Made by a program: the position numbers and the translations under genes
Source of the DNA: Phoronis australis
Lineage: Eukaryota > Animalia > Phoronida
Assembly (NCBI GenBank): GCA_002633005.1
Contig: NMRA01000378.1
Coordinates: 301,329-365,328, forward strand
Reading direction: 5' to 3'
Length of the DNA stretch: 64,000 bases
Shown: positions 47,735-61,500 of the stretch, piece after piece
How the letters are laid out: each line of letters starts with the position of its first letter
Numbering within the stretch: the stretch's first letter is position 1
The notes under the pieces: generated by a model
What the model was told of the DNA's origin: nothing
What the model saw: only the letters and a program-made list of their open reading frames with translations
Database searches by the model: none

Positions 47735-50700
47735 TCATTGCCTACAACTCTCGTGATATGGCTGAACAGTCTTCAAATCCCTCCATGTGGGAGGCAGGTT
47801 GTCCACCAGGTGTCTCCCACACTTCTGGCACGGTGATGTAAACAACTTCTGGTAGCTGTTCAACCACATCTGAAATGTTCAGTAAAGACAACCAATCAGC
47901 AGAAAGGCTTAAAACAATATGAACATGACTATAAGCCTGTGTTATATCCAAAACGCAATCTTATGTCTGCAGATACGTCGATCAACCGAGGGGGAAAAAT
48001 CATGCTTTATGAGAGGGGAATTTTTGGGTGAGTTGAAAATTCAACCCCACCACCACCATCAGTAGCAACCCCCCATTCATCCGTGTTGCAAGTCTTCATA
48101 GACGCTGTGAAAAGTAGCCAAAACTAACTTTTTGTGCTAATTTAAAATTGATATCTGTGTGAGTTACAAGTGACATAAACCTCAAGGGGAATTTTCGGGC
48201 CTTATATGGGGAATAACGCAAGATTCTTCGATAGTTTTCAGGGGAAAATGGGGCCACTGCTTCGCCCCGAAATGGTGGGACTGATAGCCCTGGAGTTGCA
48301 ACAGTCAAATACTCAATGTGGTGTTCACAAGAGATGTTCTGAACTTCACAGTCATGAAAGTCACTGCAATGTACTCAAGTTTTCTTCTTTGTTTGACGTT
48401 CCAAAAATAAAGCAAAATCATTAGCACTCAAAATTCAACGGAGATCACATGATTCACTGTAGGCCAGCTAGATGGGATAAAATCCAAGTCGGGGAGTCAC
48501 TTTTGACTGGCTGACAGACAAATCTGATTTTATGCCAAAATGCATAGCATGAAACAACAGCATTTTATGACAATGGTTTCTACTGCAGCTGATGTCGCGT
48601 TAGGTTGGCAAACTTGCGGGCAGTCATCACTTCAGCTGGAGTGAGCACTCGTGTTTCACATGTAGTCCTTGTACATGCAAGCTTCAAGTTCCATTTTTTG
48701 GACAAAATATTTTCCACACAGTCTACAGGCATTAAAGGGCGACTCACCGAATCAAATGATCAGTCAAAAAATATGTGTCCATACATCATGGCGAGAATAA
48801 TTTGAAAGAATAACAGGTGCATCAACTTTCGATTTCACACCTTAGTCCTAGCACAAATTGGTTACCATGGAAACTGTTTTGCTTTCATTTTTTAACCATA
48901 TTGTTTATTTGCTTTGACTGAACAATGACTTTAACAGAATCAGATAGCCGCATGCCTCACCAAGTGTCAAAAACACAACAGCCGAGCAGTGATGCAGTTG
49001 TGTATGTCAAAGTACGTTGTTTGTTAGACCGCACTTACATGTCAATGATTGGTTACCAGAAGATGGGATAACGAAGGGAATACAGGCTCGGGGAAAAGAC
49101 TTAAAATTACACTTTGTAAAAATATGAAAAATACCATTTTAGTCAGTCGAATTAAACCGAATACTAGGCAGATAACTTGAAAACATCAACTTTGATTGAC
49201 ATTTAGACCTTGTGAAGCAATAAACCCATTTTCCACCATAAAACAACTTTTGGTTTAGCTTACAAAATTGGTTTAAAACTGAACCTCAGTCAAATTGAAG
49301 GTTTCGATCGAACTGACACTTTTAATACTGCTGGAGACCGGGCTCCTCAAGGTGACCTGTCACAGCGTGCCATTTTATGCGCCCAGCATGGTCTTAATGA
49401 AAAATGAACTGACAGTTCTTTGCAAGCCCATGTATCACCTCTCCCCTTTACGTGGAACAAGTGGAGACCAATTTCATAACCCAGTAAATGGGCTAAATAA
49501 AGTTCGCTTGTTGGTCAGAATACTGTCCATAGTTGCTTTACTCATGCTGTAAACATTCCCTTTACAGAGCACTAGGTGTCGCTGAGAGCGGTACCATATT
49601 GTAAATATTCCCTTTACAGAACACCAGGTGTCGCTGATGGCGGTACTATGTTGTAAACATTCCCTTCACATAACACCAAGTGTCACTGAGAGCAGTACCA
49701 TGTCGTAAACATTCCCTTTACAGAACACCAGGTGTCGCTGAGAGCAGTAAACATTCCCATTATACTAGTTAAGGATTGATTTGGAGAAATCTTTTGACTT
49801 TCTCTCCATCGTCACCCAGTGGGCAACAGTACCTCACAATAGAAGCTGGGCCTTAAACAATACGAATGACACCCGGTTGTGATGTTGGAATCTGGTATAA
49901 AAGGGAAATTCACAATATGATTACATGGGGAGACTCTTGAAGAATAATGGTCCGTTCCAGCCAAGCCATGGTCCGTTCCAGCCAAGCCCAGAAACAACTT
50001 CTTACACGAGAAAGAACAATAAAAGGTAACCTTTGTGGGAACTTTACAATGTCCTGTGGGAATGTGCCACTTACCAGGAAACTCTGAATAGCTGTGTCGG
50101 GTTGCTGCGGTAGTGAGAAGTGAAGGATAGCTGCCTTGGCATGATCTGTTACCTGGTGGATAAATACAATTAGTTAAGTCAAAGTGCAACAGCCTTCACA
50201 TGATCTGGCACCTGGTGGACAAATAGTCAAGTGAAGGATGGTCACCAAGTCATGATCTGGCACCTGGTGGGCGAAAAGTCAAGTGAAAGATGGTCACCTT
50301 GCCATGATCTGCCACCTGGTGGACAAATAATTTGTCAAGAAAAGGATAGTCGCCCTGTCATGATCTGCCTTTTGGTGGATAGCCAATCAAGTGAATTATG
50401 GCTGTCTTGACATGATCTACCACATGGTGAACAAACAGTCACTCAAGTGAAATACGGTCTCCATCAACATATTAATTCAAAACTGTTCAGTGTACAACTA
50501 CTTGACAGTCTAAGACTTGCTCTTGGGTGGAAATACTGTCTAAAAACACAGAATCCAAGTTGAATTTGACATCTTAATAAACTTTATCATTTACAGAAAT
50601 GTTATACTTGCCACAGCAGTGAACTGATTGGATATTCCCATGTTTTGCATCAGGACAGGAAGTCATTCTACCAAATAATGTAGATAGCGCAGAATGCAAC

Positions 50701-53700
50701 ACCTCTTAAGCTATTAGAGAAGGCTGTAAAAACTAAATGATGGCCCAGAAATAAGCACAACTCAGGCTGTAGGCAAAGCTGGTGTGACGTGGCCAACATG
50801 TGGCCTGCAGACCACATTTAAAAACATGTCGGTGCAGTAGTCATACAGCTACCTTGCGAAAGACTTCATACTTGGACTGCCCCCACATGTCTATTTGTCC
50901 ATTCTCTAGACAGAAGTCCTCAGAGAAGGCCCTGACAATGATGTGCTCCAAGATTAGTCCTCTCAACACACATACAGCTCTCAGTACCCTGCCCAATGTG
51001 ATCTGTATAAACAGCACGGGAAACCTACATGAATGACGCGAGACAAACAAAAACATACTATCGAAACTATTAAGCCAATGTCAAGGTCACCAAATGTACA
51101 ACGGCACAAGATAACCCTGAACAGCATTCGTTTGGTTGTTTTGTTAGATTCGACTTCTTTCTTTCAAAGCACATGGGATGACTCACACACGTACACACGT
51201 GTCCTTTTTTCAAACTTCACCTATTGTACCTAACACAATGTGGCACATTTTGATAAACATGTGTCTTGACACACACGGCATCCTAGTGCATAGATCAGCC
51301 AGCTACACGACTTCGCAAGCAATGAACGAATACCACTTAGGGACAATGACTGCCACTTTCAAGTTTTAAAATATTAAGCTAAAACCAACAAATACGTAAT
51401 ACGTCCAGACAACAAGGGAATTACACTCCCACCAACTGGCTGACAGTCACACACTGTGAAGGACGTTCACGCCTATTAATACATTAATGTTTAGGGTTAG
51501 CACTGCAATGAAGGATAACCTGTAGAACAGCTTGAGTTCCAAGGGGGCGCTCTACAACCATGTTCATCTCGGGAAACTTGGGGCGTATGTTGGCAAGCAG
51601 ATGGTCCACTACCCTGTAACACATAGACAGAATAGGATAGCGTTCACACCACTTTGGTAAACTGGAATCATTTTAGTGACAAAATCCAGACAGACATCGT
51701 TTAAACCTATGCAGTTTATGCAACTTGGTGCATCTTGTTAATTTTGGCCTCATATTTACACGAATTACAGTTTAGAGGAATTTCATCGGCTTCAACCTCT
51801 GCCGTATATATTGCTTTTGCCATCAAAATATCTCAAATGACCCAATTTAAAACCAGACAAAGCTGTGACCCACATGGGAATAACGCAACATCTGCAAAGT
51901 TCAACATGACAAATTTAGGGGTTCAGTACTACATCCTCTTGGTGAGCCTTAACTGGCCTTGAACCTCCCGCAAATATAAGGTTTACCGGGTATGAAGTAC
52001 TACCCCCCCTGACTGTACCTTAACTGGCCTGGATCCCTCCTTAAACATACAGTGTACCATGTATGAAGTACTACACCCCTTGAATGTACCTCAACTGGCC
52101 TTGAACCTCCCTTAAACACACAGTGTACCACGTATAAAGTACCCCCCCCCCTCAATGTAACTTCACTAGCCTTGTACCAGGTAAGAAGTATTACCCCCTG
52201 AATGATCCTTAACTGGCCTTGTAGACACTATACACTTGGTGTGTCATGTACTCAAAGTCTGGATTGACCTTATTGAAGTGGCTTTGTAGCCTAGCCCCAA
52301 CAACAAACAGACCTCCCCCACATACTGCGCACTAAGGCTTACTCTTGTCGGACATCGTGAATCTGAGGTTTAAGACGAGCCCTCTTATTGGCAGACGACA
52401 CTGAGGAAAATGGAGACCTCTTGAGAACATTGCCTTGGAACAGCGATACCGCAACACCGGCATGAGCATTGACCTGAAATGATGATAACGGGTGTACAAT
52501 GGTTAATAAGACGAAGCCCCGACACACTGCAGAGGTAAGAGTTTGACTGGTAGTCCATCGCACATAACATAACTACTCCTCTAATCCAGATGAAATATGA
52601 TCTCTACAAACAAAACTTATTTCAACTTCAGAAAACAAACAACATGCACAAATAAAATTCGGGATTAACCCTGAATTCTATGGCGTTTCTCATTTGCAGG
52701 AGCTATAGGTAAATTATCCCTTAATTGACCTATCACCAGGATTTTGACAGATCGTTTAACTGAGCAACGCAACATCATTGACACACCTTCGTCTGCGTTT
52801 TCAAGTCACCATTTTACCAAACAAACAACACATTGTCGGAGACTTTTCACAAGGGGGAGGAGCTTGCGATAGGTCAATTGCAGCACAGCTGTGCACCAGT
52901 TCCCACTGTTCATCTCACGTGTGTGACCTTCTGCTGCAGGTCGTAGGTCAACAGTATCACAATGCATTAGCTAGCCTCTGGCTGATATGTCAATGAGGAT
53001 TTGGTTGTCATAAAACGTGACGAGAATGATAACTCGACACACATAGCAATCAATTACTGTAGAGGAATGGGAGTTGGTTCATTCAAGTTACAAACTCGCA
53101 TGTAAGAATGCCACACTAAACCAGACGGGATTCAAACCGATTTCTGTTACAAGATGAAATAATTTGGTGAGAAGACTGCGTATTAACAGCTGCAACACCG
53201 CAATAACTGGGCTGACACAGTTTTTTATTAGCACACCCCTAGAAATCCCTTTCGCATTCTCATTCACAATCTTGCATAAATTCCCTAAGAGTGAGCTCAG
53301 AGACACCTTTGAGCAATTCCTAACCAATTGTCAGTAAGACGGCAGGATTTGAATACGTGTCTGCCAACTAGGAGTCATAAGATCAGACCAACACAACGTC
53401 TCCTCCAACGCGAACAAAACAAAAGGGAAGCCATAGTTTATTATTTACCACACCTTATTCGTCCAGCTGTACGATCTCTGCAATTGGGCTGACAGAGGGG
53501 TCTTGTCTGTTGTGGGATCTAACACTAAGATACTGGCGTTTCTACTGAGAGCAACACCTGTTGAATTGATGGTGGAACTGATCTTCTCTAAATCTCTGAA
53601 ATACAAAAAAACATGAAGATCAGCAAAATATTATTAAATTGCCTTTACTGGATACAATATCAAATCCCGAGGAGCGAGCAATGTGAAAATGGCCTATTGT

Positions 53701-55124
53701 TGATTTGGGCAACTCAACGAAGGATGGTTTGAAAAAGTTTGATAGTGGGAGTATTTGGTCGAGCTGGGAAGACTTAAAGACATCTACATCTTAGTCCTGA
53801 AGTGTCCCTCTTTACTAGAACATGCGCAAAAGGTATAGAAACACGACTTTTATGGTTTAATTAGTATGAGGCACAATTCACTGAAAATCTTTTGGTGTGT
53901 GGAAGGCCAATGGGACAACCACAGTCTCTACAGTGGTGTTGTGACATCTGACTTCTGTACGAGATGTACAGCCATATAAAGCTTCTCTAAATCGCTTGCC
54001 AAACAGCAATTTCCTCTTAGCTTAACGGTTTGGATGCTCGCTTATCACGTCTGACGCAAGTTCAAGTCCAGGTGTCAGAAAAACTTTCTACATTGGCGTC
54101 CACTAATGCCACCATTTCTACACTAAGGACTAGCCTTCATTTGCCTGAAGCTTTTTGGGGAATTACGCCTCACAACCATCACACTGAATAATCCGTCAGT
54201 CATGCTGGTTTGCACATAGACAGTGACCACCGTCTCTAACTGGCCCAGTAGAGAGGGTATAGAGCTTGTATTGGCGCTTCATACACCGGAAACTTTTCGG
54301 CAAATTATGCCTCACACAGACTAAAACATTAAAGTCACACTGTTATCAATAACGTATTCACACAGAGGGATACCTTAGGAGGCTGACGATGTCTTTAATT
54401 CCTTGAACAAATACTCCCGTTACCAAAACTATTCGAGCAGACCCTCGTTCAGTTCCCAAAACCGGTAACTGCCCAGGATTTTNGGGCACAGGGTTAGTCA
54501 AGGATTTTGCCTGTCACACATTTGCATCTGCGAAGTGACAAATGGAATATGGGAGAATTTCTGGGGGGAGCGGTATGCCCCCCCCTTAAGTCCGCCACTT
54601 TCACACTGCATAAGCCAGGGGAAACCACCTGAAATGCACAGTGTTAAAGATGGCCACTTACCCACTTTGGAACTGAGAGAGGGACTGCTCAAAGAAAAGT
54701 TTTTTTTTAACGGGAGTATATGTTCGAGTTGAAAGGAATTAAATACACCGGCCTCCAAGGACCTAAGGTGTCCCTATATGTGCACAAGGTATTCATAACA
54801 ACGTGACTTTGATGTTTTAGTCGGTGTGAGGCAAAATCTGGTTCTATTACTGATCTGAAACCTGGTACACCTAACTGGCACACCGTAATTTTCTGAATTA
54901 AAAATCTTGCATTGCAATTCACGCTATCGTCGATGCCCAAAGTCATACCCTATGTTTTTGTTAACCTTGTTGAGATCTTGCGATAGATCACTTAAAAACT
55001 GTCGTTCTGTCTCTTGACTCTGAACTTGTCTCACGCCATCGCGAAGCTTTTCGAATACCAAACTGACACTACCGCGAAGATTTTGTATAGTTTTAAGAGC
55101 TGCGTCAAGATCGGCCTCCGACAT
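47735..55124 (-). CDS. MED27: Mediator subunit 27, 7 exons, about 301 aa
   Basis: Exons 54949-55124, 53454-53595, 52343-52473, 51520-51613, 50853-51002, 50075-50152, 47735-47869 (906 nt, phases consistent). Motifs: IQNLRGSVSLVFEKLRDG, LDPTTDKTPL, VTDHAKAAILHF, WLNSYQKLFTSPCQKCG...LPPTWRD...HESCRQ*. Confidence 0.95.
49545..49762. repeat. About 53-bp tandem repeat, about 4 copies
   Basis: gtaaacattccctttacagaacaccaggtgtcgctgagagcggtaccat-like units. Confidence 0.9.
50118..50462. repeat. About 50-60 bp tandem array built from the MED27 exon 6 acceptor and exon start
   Basis: Units read aagtgaaggat...catgatctggcacctggtggacaaatagtc; the first unit is the real exon/intron junction. Confidence 0.9.
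51930..52225. repeat. About 70-bp degenerate tandem repeat, about 4 copies
   Basis: ccttaactggccttgaacctccc...tgtaccatgtatgaagtactaccccct units. Confidence 0.85.
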
Positions 55125-55502
55125 GACTCTTGAGTCGACAAAATAGTTTTACATTCGCCCCGCAGATGGCGATGAACAAAAATAGTACTCGAAACCGAAA
55201 TAACCACAGGAATCAAAAACACAAGATGGATAAAAATTTTGTTTTGCAATTTAATGTTTTATAAGTATTTTATCAGTGCAAAAAGTATTTTAATTTTAAA
55301 CCTCATACTATATCAAGATTGAATTTTATATGCAATGTCAACGTGGCTGTGTTCTCGATACTGTGTTTAGTTAAGATCACTATTTTGTAGCAAGCCAATG
55401 TTGTTAGAACTTCCTCTTGACGCCGACAAATATTTCCTCGAGTTTCAGGTGGTTCAAAAATTTACTAAGTTTTAATGTATTTTGTGAAATAACTCGAGAA
55501 AA
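55125..55502. promoter_or_regulatory. Putative bidirectional promoter shared by MED27 and ATF6
   Basis: Only 378 bp separate the divergent ATGs. A YY1/CTCF-like ccgcagatggcg lies at about 55160 and a CCAAT at about 55395. Confidence 0.65.
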
Positions 55503-58500
55503 ATGGAGAGTGACTTTGTCGCGGCAAGTGATACCAAGTTTCTTGTTGACAACATGCTTGTAAAAGACGACTTTGGTGAGTTTTTGTTCTGTAACGTTTG
55601 GTAGGGGAAATCGTTGTTTTTCATTTTCAATGTATTTGTAGCCAATGTAGGCCAATAGTATAAAATAGGTTAGTATTATTAGTACTGTTGTGTTGTTGTA
55701 ACCAAGTTAGAAACGGCACTTGTCAGATGTAATGGACCATGATATAAAGAGCCATTTTCATCCACTAAATAACATGGCCTTTATTCAACGATTGCGTGGT
55801 TCTCTAAATGAGAAGTGCTTGTGTCAGTGGTGCGAGTGTTACACACACTGAGAGTGACAAATCAGATTTAATTTTAAATATACATCAACTTACGTTGTCG
55901 TTAATCACATTTGGTTTTGGCCAAAGTACCTTCCACAGATAAGCCCACACGATGAAATGCCCATGAGCTTCTATTTAATGTTACAACTTCTTGTGTTAAT
56001 TGTCCAGATGGTGGGGCAATTATTTGGAAAATTTTCTCTTATAAGTCCACTCAGCGTCAACTTTTAGCTGCAAAATCAGTTTTGTGGAGCATTTATCATT
56101 TATAGAAATGAACAAAGTGGTGACATACTATGCAGTTTTGTGTAAAAATCGCTGATATTTTCATACCAGCCTAGGTTATCACTTTCCGTTTACACGCCCC
56201 CTTTTCTGAATTAACGCCAAGGCATTATAATGTAGTGTCACTGAAATGCTTGAATTTTTTCTTTTTCCAAATACATGCCCATTGGCATCTACGTAAAATC
56301 CCTGTATGGACTTTAAATTCAGTGTATATACGTAAACAAATTAACACATTGTATTAATTGACGTTTGGGTTTCTTATCACTAAACCATTCTCAAGACAAA
56401 TGTTCATAAACTTCAGTCAGGTAACAGCAGGTCGAGAACAGTCTGCACAGGTGCATGTCAAAATGCATTGTGAGGGGAGAGACCAAATGAACAAATGTTT
56501 CTATTCAGATACCATTCAACCATAAGTGCATAGCCTCCGTTATAAGGAGGACGATGTCTTATCTTTGCCCAAGATCTGAATACCAGAGTAATCTAGAGTG
56601 TGACTAGTCATCAGTGATTGATTAAAAAGAACACTGTGTGTGTCTTTACTATGTTAAGGCTTTATTGTTTGGACAGTGGAATTTTAGTCCCGTCAAGTGA
56701 AACTGGTGACAGTGTGGAACAGTAGGTTATGCAGTGAACTAAATTCTTACCACAATCTAGTTTGGATTTAACTTTAATGCGAAAGCAGCTGTGGTGATTA
56801 TTTGAAAATTACCACAACATCTACTTGTGTACAGCGTACTGATTTATATGACAACTATGATAAGGAAGGGTTTTTGTCCTGGATTGTTGGAACACTGACT
56901 GTCTGTGCCCGTTGTTCTTTGTATAGACATTTCATAGACATACTCTTTTGGATATGCAACCAGTGTCACTTTCCCGTTTGGGGAATTTTGCTCTTTCGCA
57001 ACTATGCTGCAAATACACATACCTTTCCCATTGACTGGCAACCTTGGACAAAGTAATGCTCTGTAACAGGCCTTTATCCAGGATTTTGAAAATAGGGTGT
57101 CCAAAATGGGGTTCCCAATATTCCAGGGCATCCATGATTCCGACGCGTAACCCCCCACCCCTAGCAATACCCCCAAACACACAGATTTTTTTACAAAAAA
57201 TGCATAAATCAAGGTTTTTACATCTAAGTTTATAAAACAGCCTTCTGTGGTGAGCATTTTTACTAAAAAATCTGTTTGACCAAGACTTACAATGCTGTCA
57301 ATCAAGTGTCAAAATAGCAACAATGCATATACTTTGTATATACATTGCATATTTCTTCCTTCTTTGAAAAAAGAGCTCTCACTGTGAGCCTTCAGAGGCT
57401 TCCTAGTATTCATTACAATGTGTGAGTCCATATGGACACCCATGGCGTATCCTGCTTAAAGGCCTGCTCTGTAACCCTCGCCAACACTCAAATGTTTACT
57501 AGAAATTTAAAAAACTGTTTCAAAGTCTGGTAAACGAGTAGTTGTAACCTAAGATTTAAGCGCGAATTACGCAGCAATTCTGAGGAACCGTAATATTCAA
57601 TCTGTGACACTGGAACTGCGAGTGTTTTTATGATTTATCTTTCTAGAACGAGGATTGGTTGAAGTTATCAAAGCAGGGTTTACTTTAAGCATTCTTTTAA
57701 CATTTTCCATAATTGCAGTGGAGCTGTACAACTCTGTTGTTTAATTAATCAAAATATTTTAGAGGAGTTGTGCTGGTTATAAGTCTTTGAGTTACTTGTA
57801 AGTTTGCCTGTCAAACAAAAATCCACAAAACGGGATGTTGGTGGAAAAGTCAAATTAGACAGTCCACTTTGTATCCAAACTTTTAAGGGGTGCGTTCATT
57901 GTTTCAAGTCGGTGAAACTTGGTCCCAATTAAACATCCAGGATCACATTAGTTTCCTTGCTGGTTTCAGTCACGACTGACTCTTGTCAAACTCTTCGGAT
58001 CAATAGTATGTCACATTCTGGTCATATAGAAAACCATCTGTCACATGAATTCAACATGTGGATATATGATGTCTTTGTTATGTGTCATTATTGATTTTTC
58101 TGTTTGTCACTGTTAGGCTGATGTTGCTTTATAAATAGATGTCACATTTATAAATTTACATGACTATTAATTCGCCATATTGAAAAGGTCTTTGTCTAAA
58201 ACAGCTGGTTCAGTGTCGATGAGTATGGTCATTTACTAGGGTTTTAGTTCAGCTTACGGTAATTATTGGTTATTTGACTTTAGAGGATTGAAAAAATTGG
58301 TGTTTCCTGAACTGTGTTTTCAAAGTTTGCTTCAAATAATGGAAATTCGCCAAATGTTTTGTAATATCTACGCAGTACAGACCAAGACGAGAGTTGCTAT
58401 TGCAAAGTTTTCGGAAAAACTAGAATTTCACCTCGACCTTTTTGTGTGTTTCCCTTACTTCTGTGTAAAACTGTATTTTGAGGATTAGAAACTCAAGTTG

Positions 58501-61500
58501 GCAGCGTCAGTTTGTTTCTCAACCTAGAGCAGTCATTTGTTAAATTGAGTGCCAAACAAGATACATTGTAAGAACAGTTTTGTAGTCTAAGTGGTGTAAC
58601 ACAAACTTTATTTTTGCCAAAACCGACTATTTAGTTCTGTTCTGATAAATAAATGTCATGCCCTGCCTCAGCCTGTTATATGAAGTCACGCTTTTTTCAA
58701 ACTTAAATTTAATTCTGCCTGGCATCAGTGGTTTCCACAACAGGAAACCCAAATGTGTGAGAAACATATGAATGCTAGCAAACTTGCTGTACATACTTGG
58801 TATAAGTGTAGCATGATCATTGTGCTTGTGTTTGTGTAGTCCGGAAAGAGTCTGAAATAAATAAATGACTATTTGGAACACGAGAGTATTCACTCTCTCA
58901 TCCGCCAGATTCAAGTAATAGTCACATAGTTTACAAAGTTCTAGCAATGTGCTTATTGAGGAATATTCATCCTCTGCCCTCCAGCTTGAAATAATAGTAC
59001 CAACCAATATGTCTTTCTACATGTGAGTGTGCTATGTTCTGTTTCATACAGCTACGACCTGATCTTGTTGCGGCAATGGGTTTTGTGGTGACAAGTTTGA
59101 CCGACCTGTGTTGAGTTTGAAGTCATAGCCTATTTATTTCTTCAGTAAAATTGTAAGTTCAGCTAAATCGTATTTCACAGGTGCTGATGCTTGGTATCAA
59201 AACAATGGGACTCAACTTAGATGTGGGCCTGAGAATGTCTGATACTGTGTTCTGGAGAATACTGCATTAATTTCTATTGTATGTCCAAACAACGAAGGGT
59301 ATTTATGCTCATCAATAATTGTGTTTATTATCTTGCAACATATTATCAAAGGACCTCATATCTACACCAAGGCACAGGTGGGAATTTATTATGCTAGTTG
59401 AGCAAACACCCATGTTATTATAGTGACAACGAAACAAAGAATCTCTGACCACTACTGTTTGTTGTTGCTTGATAACGCATTGGAGTATACAGCTCCCCCT
59501 GTTGATACTACAGTACACACATGACTGCTCAGGTGAGCTCCTTTGTCTTTGCTTTGCTTTAACCATTTTCTGTTAGAGGTAGAGGAGGTCTGGTTGACCA
59601 GGGAGGCATGGCTGTATTCAAGGCACAGCCAAGTCTTCTACACTTAGTCTAGCTGTTGTTCTTCAGCACCTTGTCTTGTGGATGTTGGTTTGGTGGGACT
59701 TTTATAAGATTAGAAGCTTTGAATGGAAACCGCTTGCTGGGTCCTACCTTGGGAGCAGTGTTCTTGAGACCTTAGTGTCCTCTTCTGCTGGGTCCTACCG
59801 TGGGAACAGTGTTCTTGAGACCTTAGTGTCGCCTTTGGTGACTGCGGTGATCTTTACTTGATGTTAGCTGCAGGTGGCTGTTGCCACGGTGACAGTTGGA
59901 AGGCTGTGTCTTTGTATACCTGAGGGAATGTTTTAACTGCAACAAATGCGAAATTGAAGATCTCTACGTGGTTTCTTGGTGGCGCCAAGGTCAGGTGTCC
60001 AGCCTGCCTGGGGTGGTAATTAGAGTTTCCTCTAAATTGTATTTCAAAGGAGCTACTTCCTGTCATGGTGGACGTGACGAGACAAGTGATGATATCGGTT
60101 GGTTCAGTATCGCTGCTCAAGCCTTGTGACATTGAACAGCACGCATATGCATACAATACATATTCATAGGTGTAGTATAAGAGTCAGGTGCATTGTGGAT
60201 AACAGACGAGTCATAACTGTCATCCTGTGTTCAGTACTAGTCTGGCAGGTGATCTGAGTCCCCCTGGAGCTCACTGCTTTCCTGGATATATTAGCAACGT
60301 GGCTTGTAAGTCCATGACTTGTAGAGACGATATGAAGCATGGAGTTTTCATCATTATGGCTTGAAATATTGAAGTGAGCCGAGATAAAGGCTGCAGTCAG
60401 GGGACTAGTATTTGTGTCTTCTTAATAAGTAATTTATCAGCTGTTCATGGTGGAGGAGTGTCCATGTGTAAGCCATTTTGGATGTCTTTCAAACTCGTCA
60501 ACTCAAACCTGTTATAGCATGTGAAATCTGATTGTGATGATTGAATGATATTTTGGATGGTTTTTGAGCTGTTGTGATGCGGTAATGTTTTAGCACCATA
60601 GTCATTCCATCCTCTGTGGCTATTAACCATGTGAAAAGACTGCTGATGTCATGATATGAAAGCTGGACTATATATTTATCACTTGTGCATGGTGTCACTG
60701 AAGTGTGATTGTTTGTTGAAGCATTGGTCACTGCTATCAACACTCTAATTCACTATTGCTCTGCCCTGTTGCCTTTCTAGCAAGTGCAAGTTCAAGAAAA
60801 CTCTACTGTTCATGTAAATTAATGATGGATTATTTTGGGAAAATATTAAACTCGCCTCAAGGTCAAGGTAAATTTATAAAATCGGCCGCGAGTATCACTC
60901 TGGCGAAGATGCACAGAATATACATAGTGGACCTTTAGCTTGATAATGGCACCAGGCTTTAATGTGAATAGGAATATCATTCTGTCTGTCTAGTACAGAG
61001 ATGTCCATTCTCCTGAAGTTAGATGGCTCCATGTCTGGAAAGTTAAAAGAACCCTTTAAATCATCCTTACCAATCTTTTATTTATGCATTTGTGTGCTCC
61101 TAAGTGTGCTATGCATGAACTAAACAACGACGCTATTTAAACATCTATGCTAAACAAAGCGCAGTTGTATTCATTTACATCTTGTTAGTGTGAAAACAAA
61201 AAAATATGCAAATAAGTGCTTTTGTACTAATGACGTATCTCGTGGGCTTGCATAGCCCGCATCATGGAGTGTCATTCCCTATCACCACCCCACGATACTG
61301 GACATGGTTGAGTGATTTACGGCAGATCTTTGTCGACACAAAACTCGTTCTAATTAATCGAAATTGTGTGCAATAGATAGCCTTTGAGTTGTGATTTCAT
61401 TTCAGTATAGCAAAATGAGTTTTTAGTTAGCTGTAGTTAATGTTCAAAAACTCACATTCCATGTGATAAATGGCATTTGTCACATGTGACATTGAATTAT

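Noticed and set aside
47742-47951. ORF-track translation over the last MED27 exon
   Set aside because: Wrong frame; the conserved frame is 47735-47869.
49284-49355. Candidate MED27 exon starting VTLRSP
   Set aside because: The true homologous exon (VTDHAKAAILHF) is at 50075-50152.
21990-52225. Tandem arrays as CRISPR-like repeat-spacer loci
   Set aside because: Units are repeated end to end without unique spacers, there are no cas genes, and the context is eukaryotic introns and UTRs.
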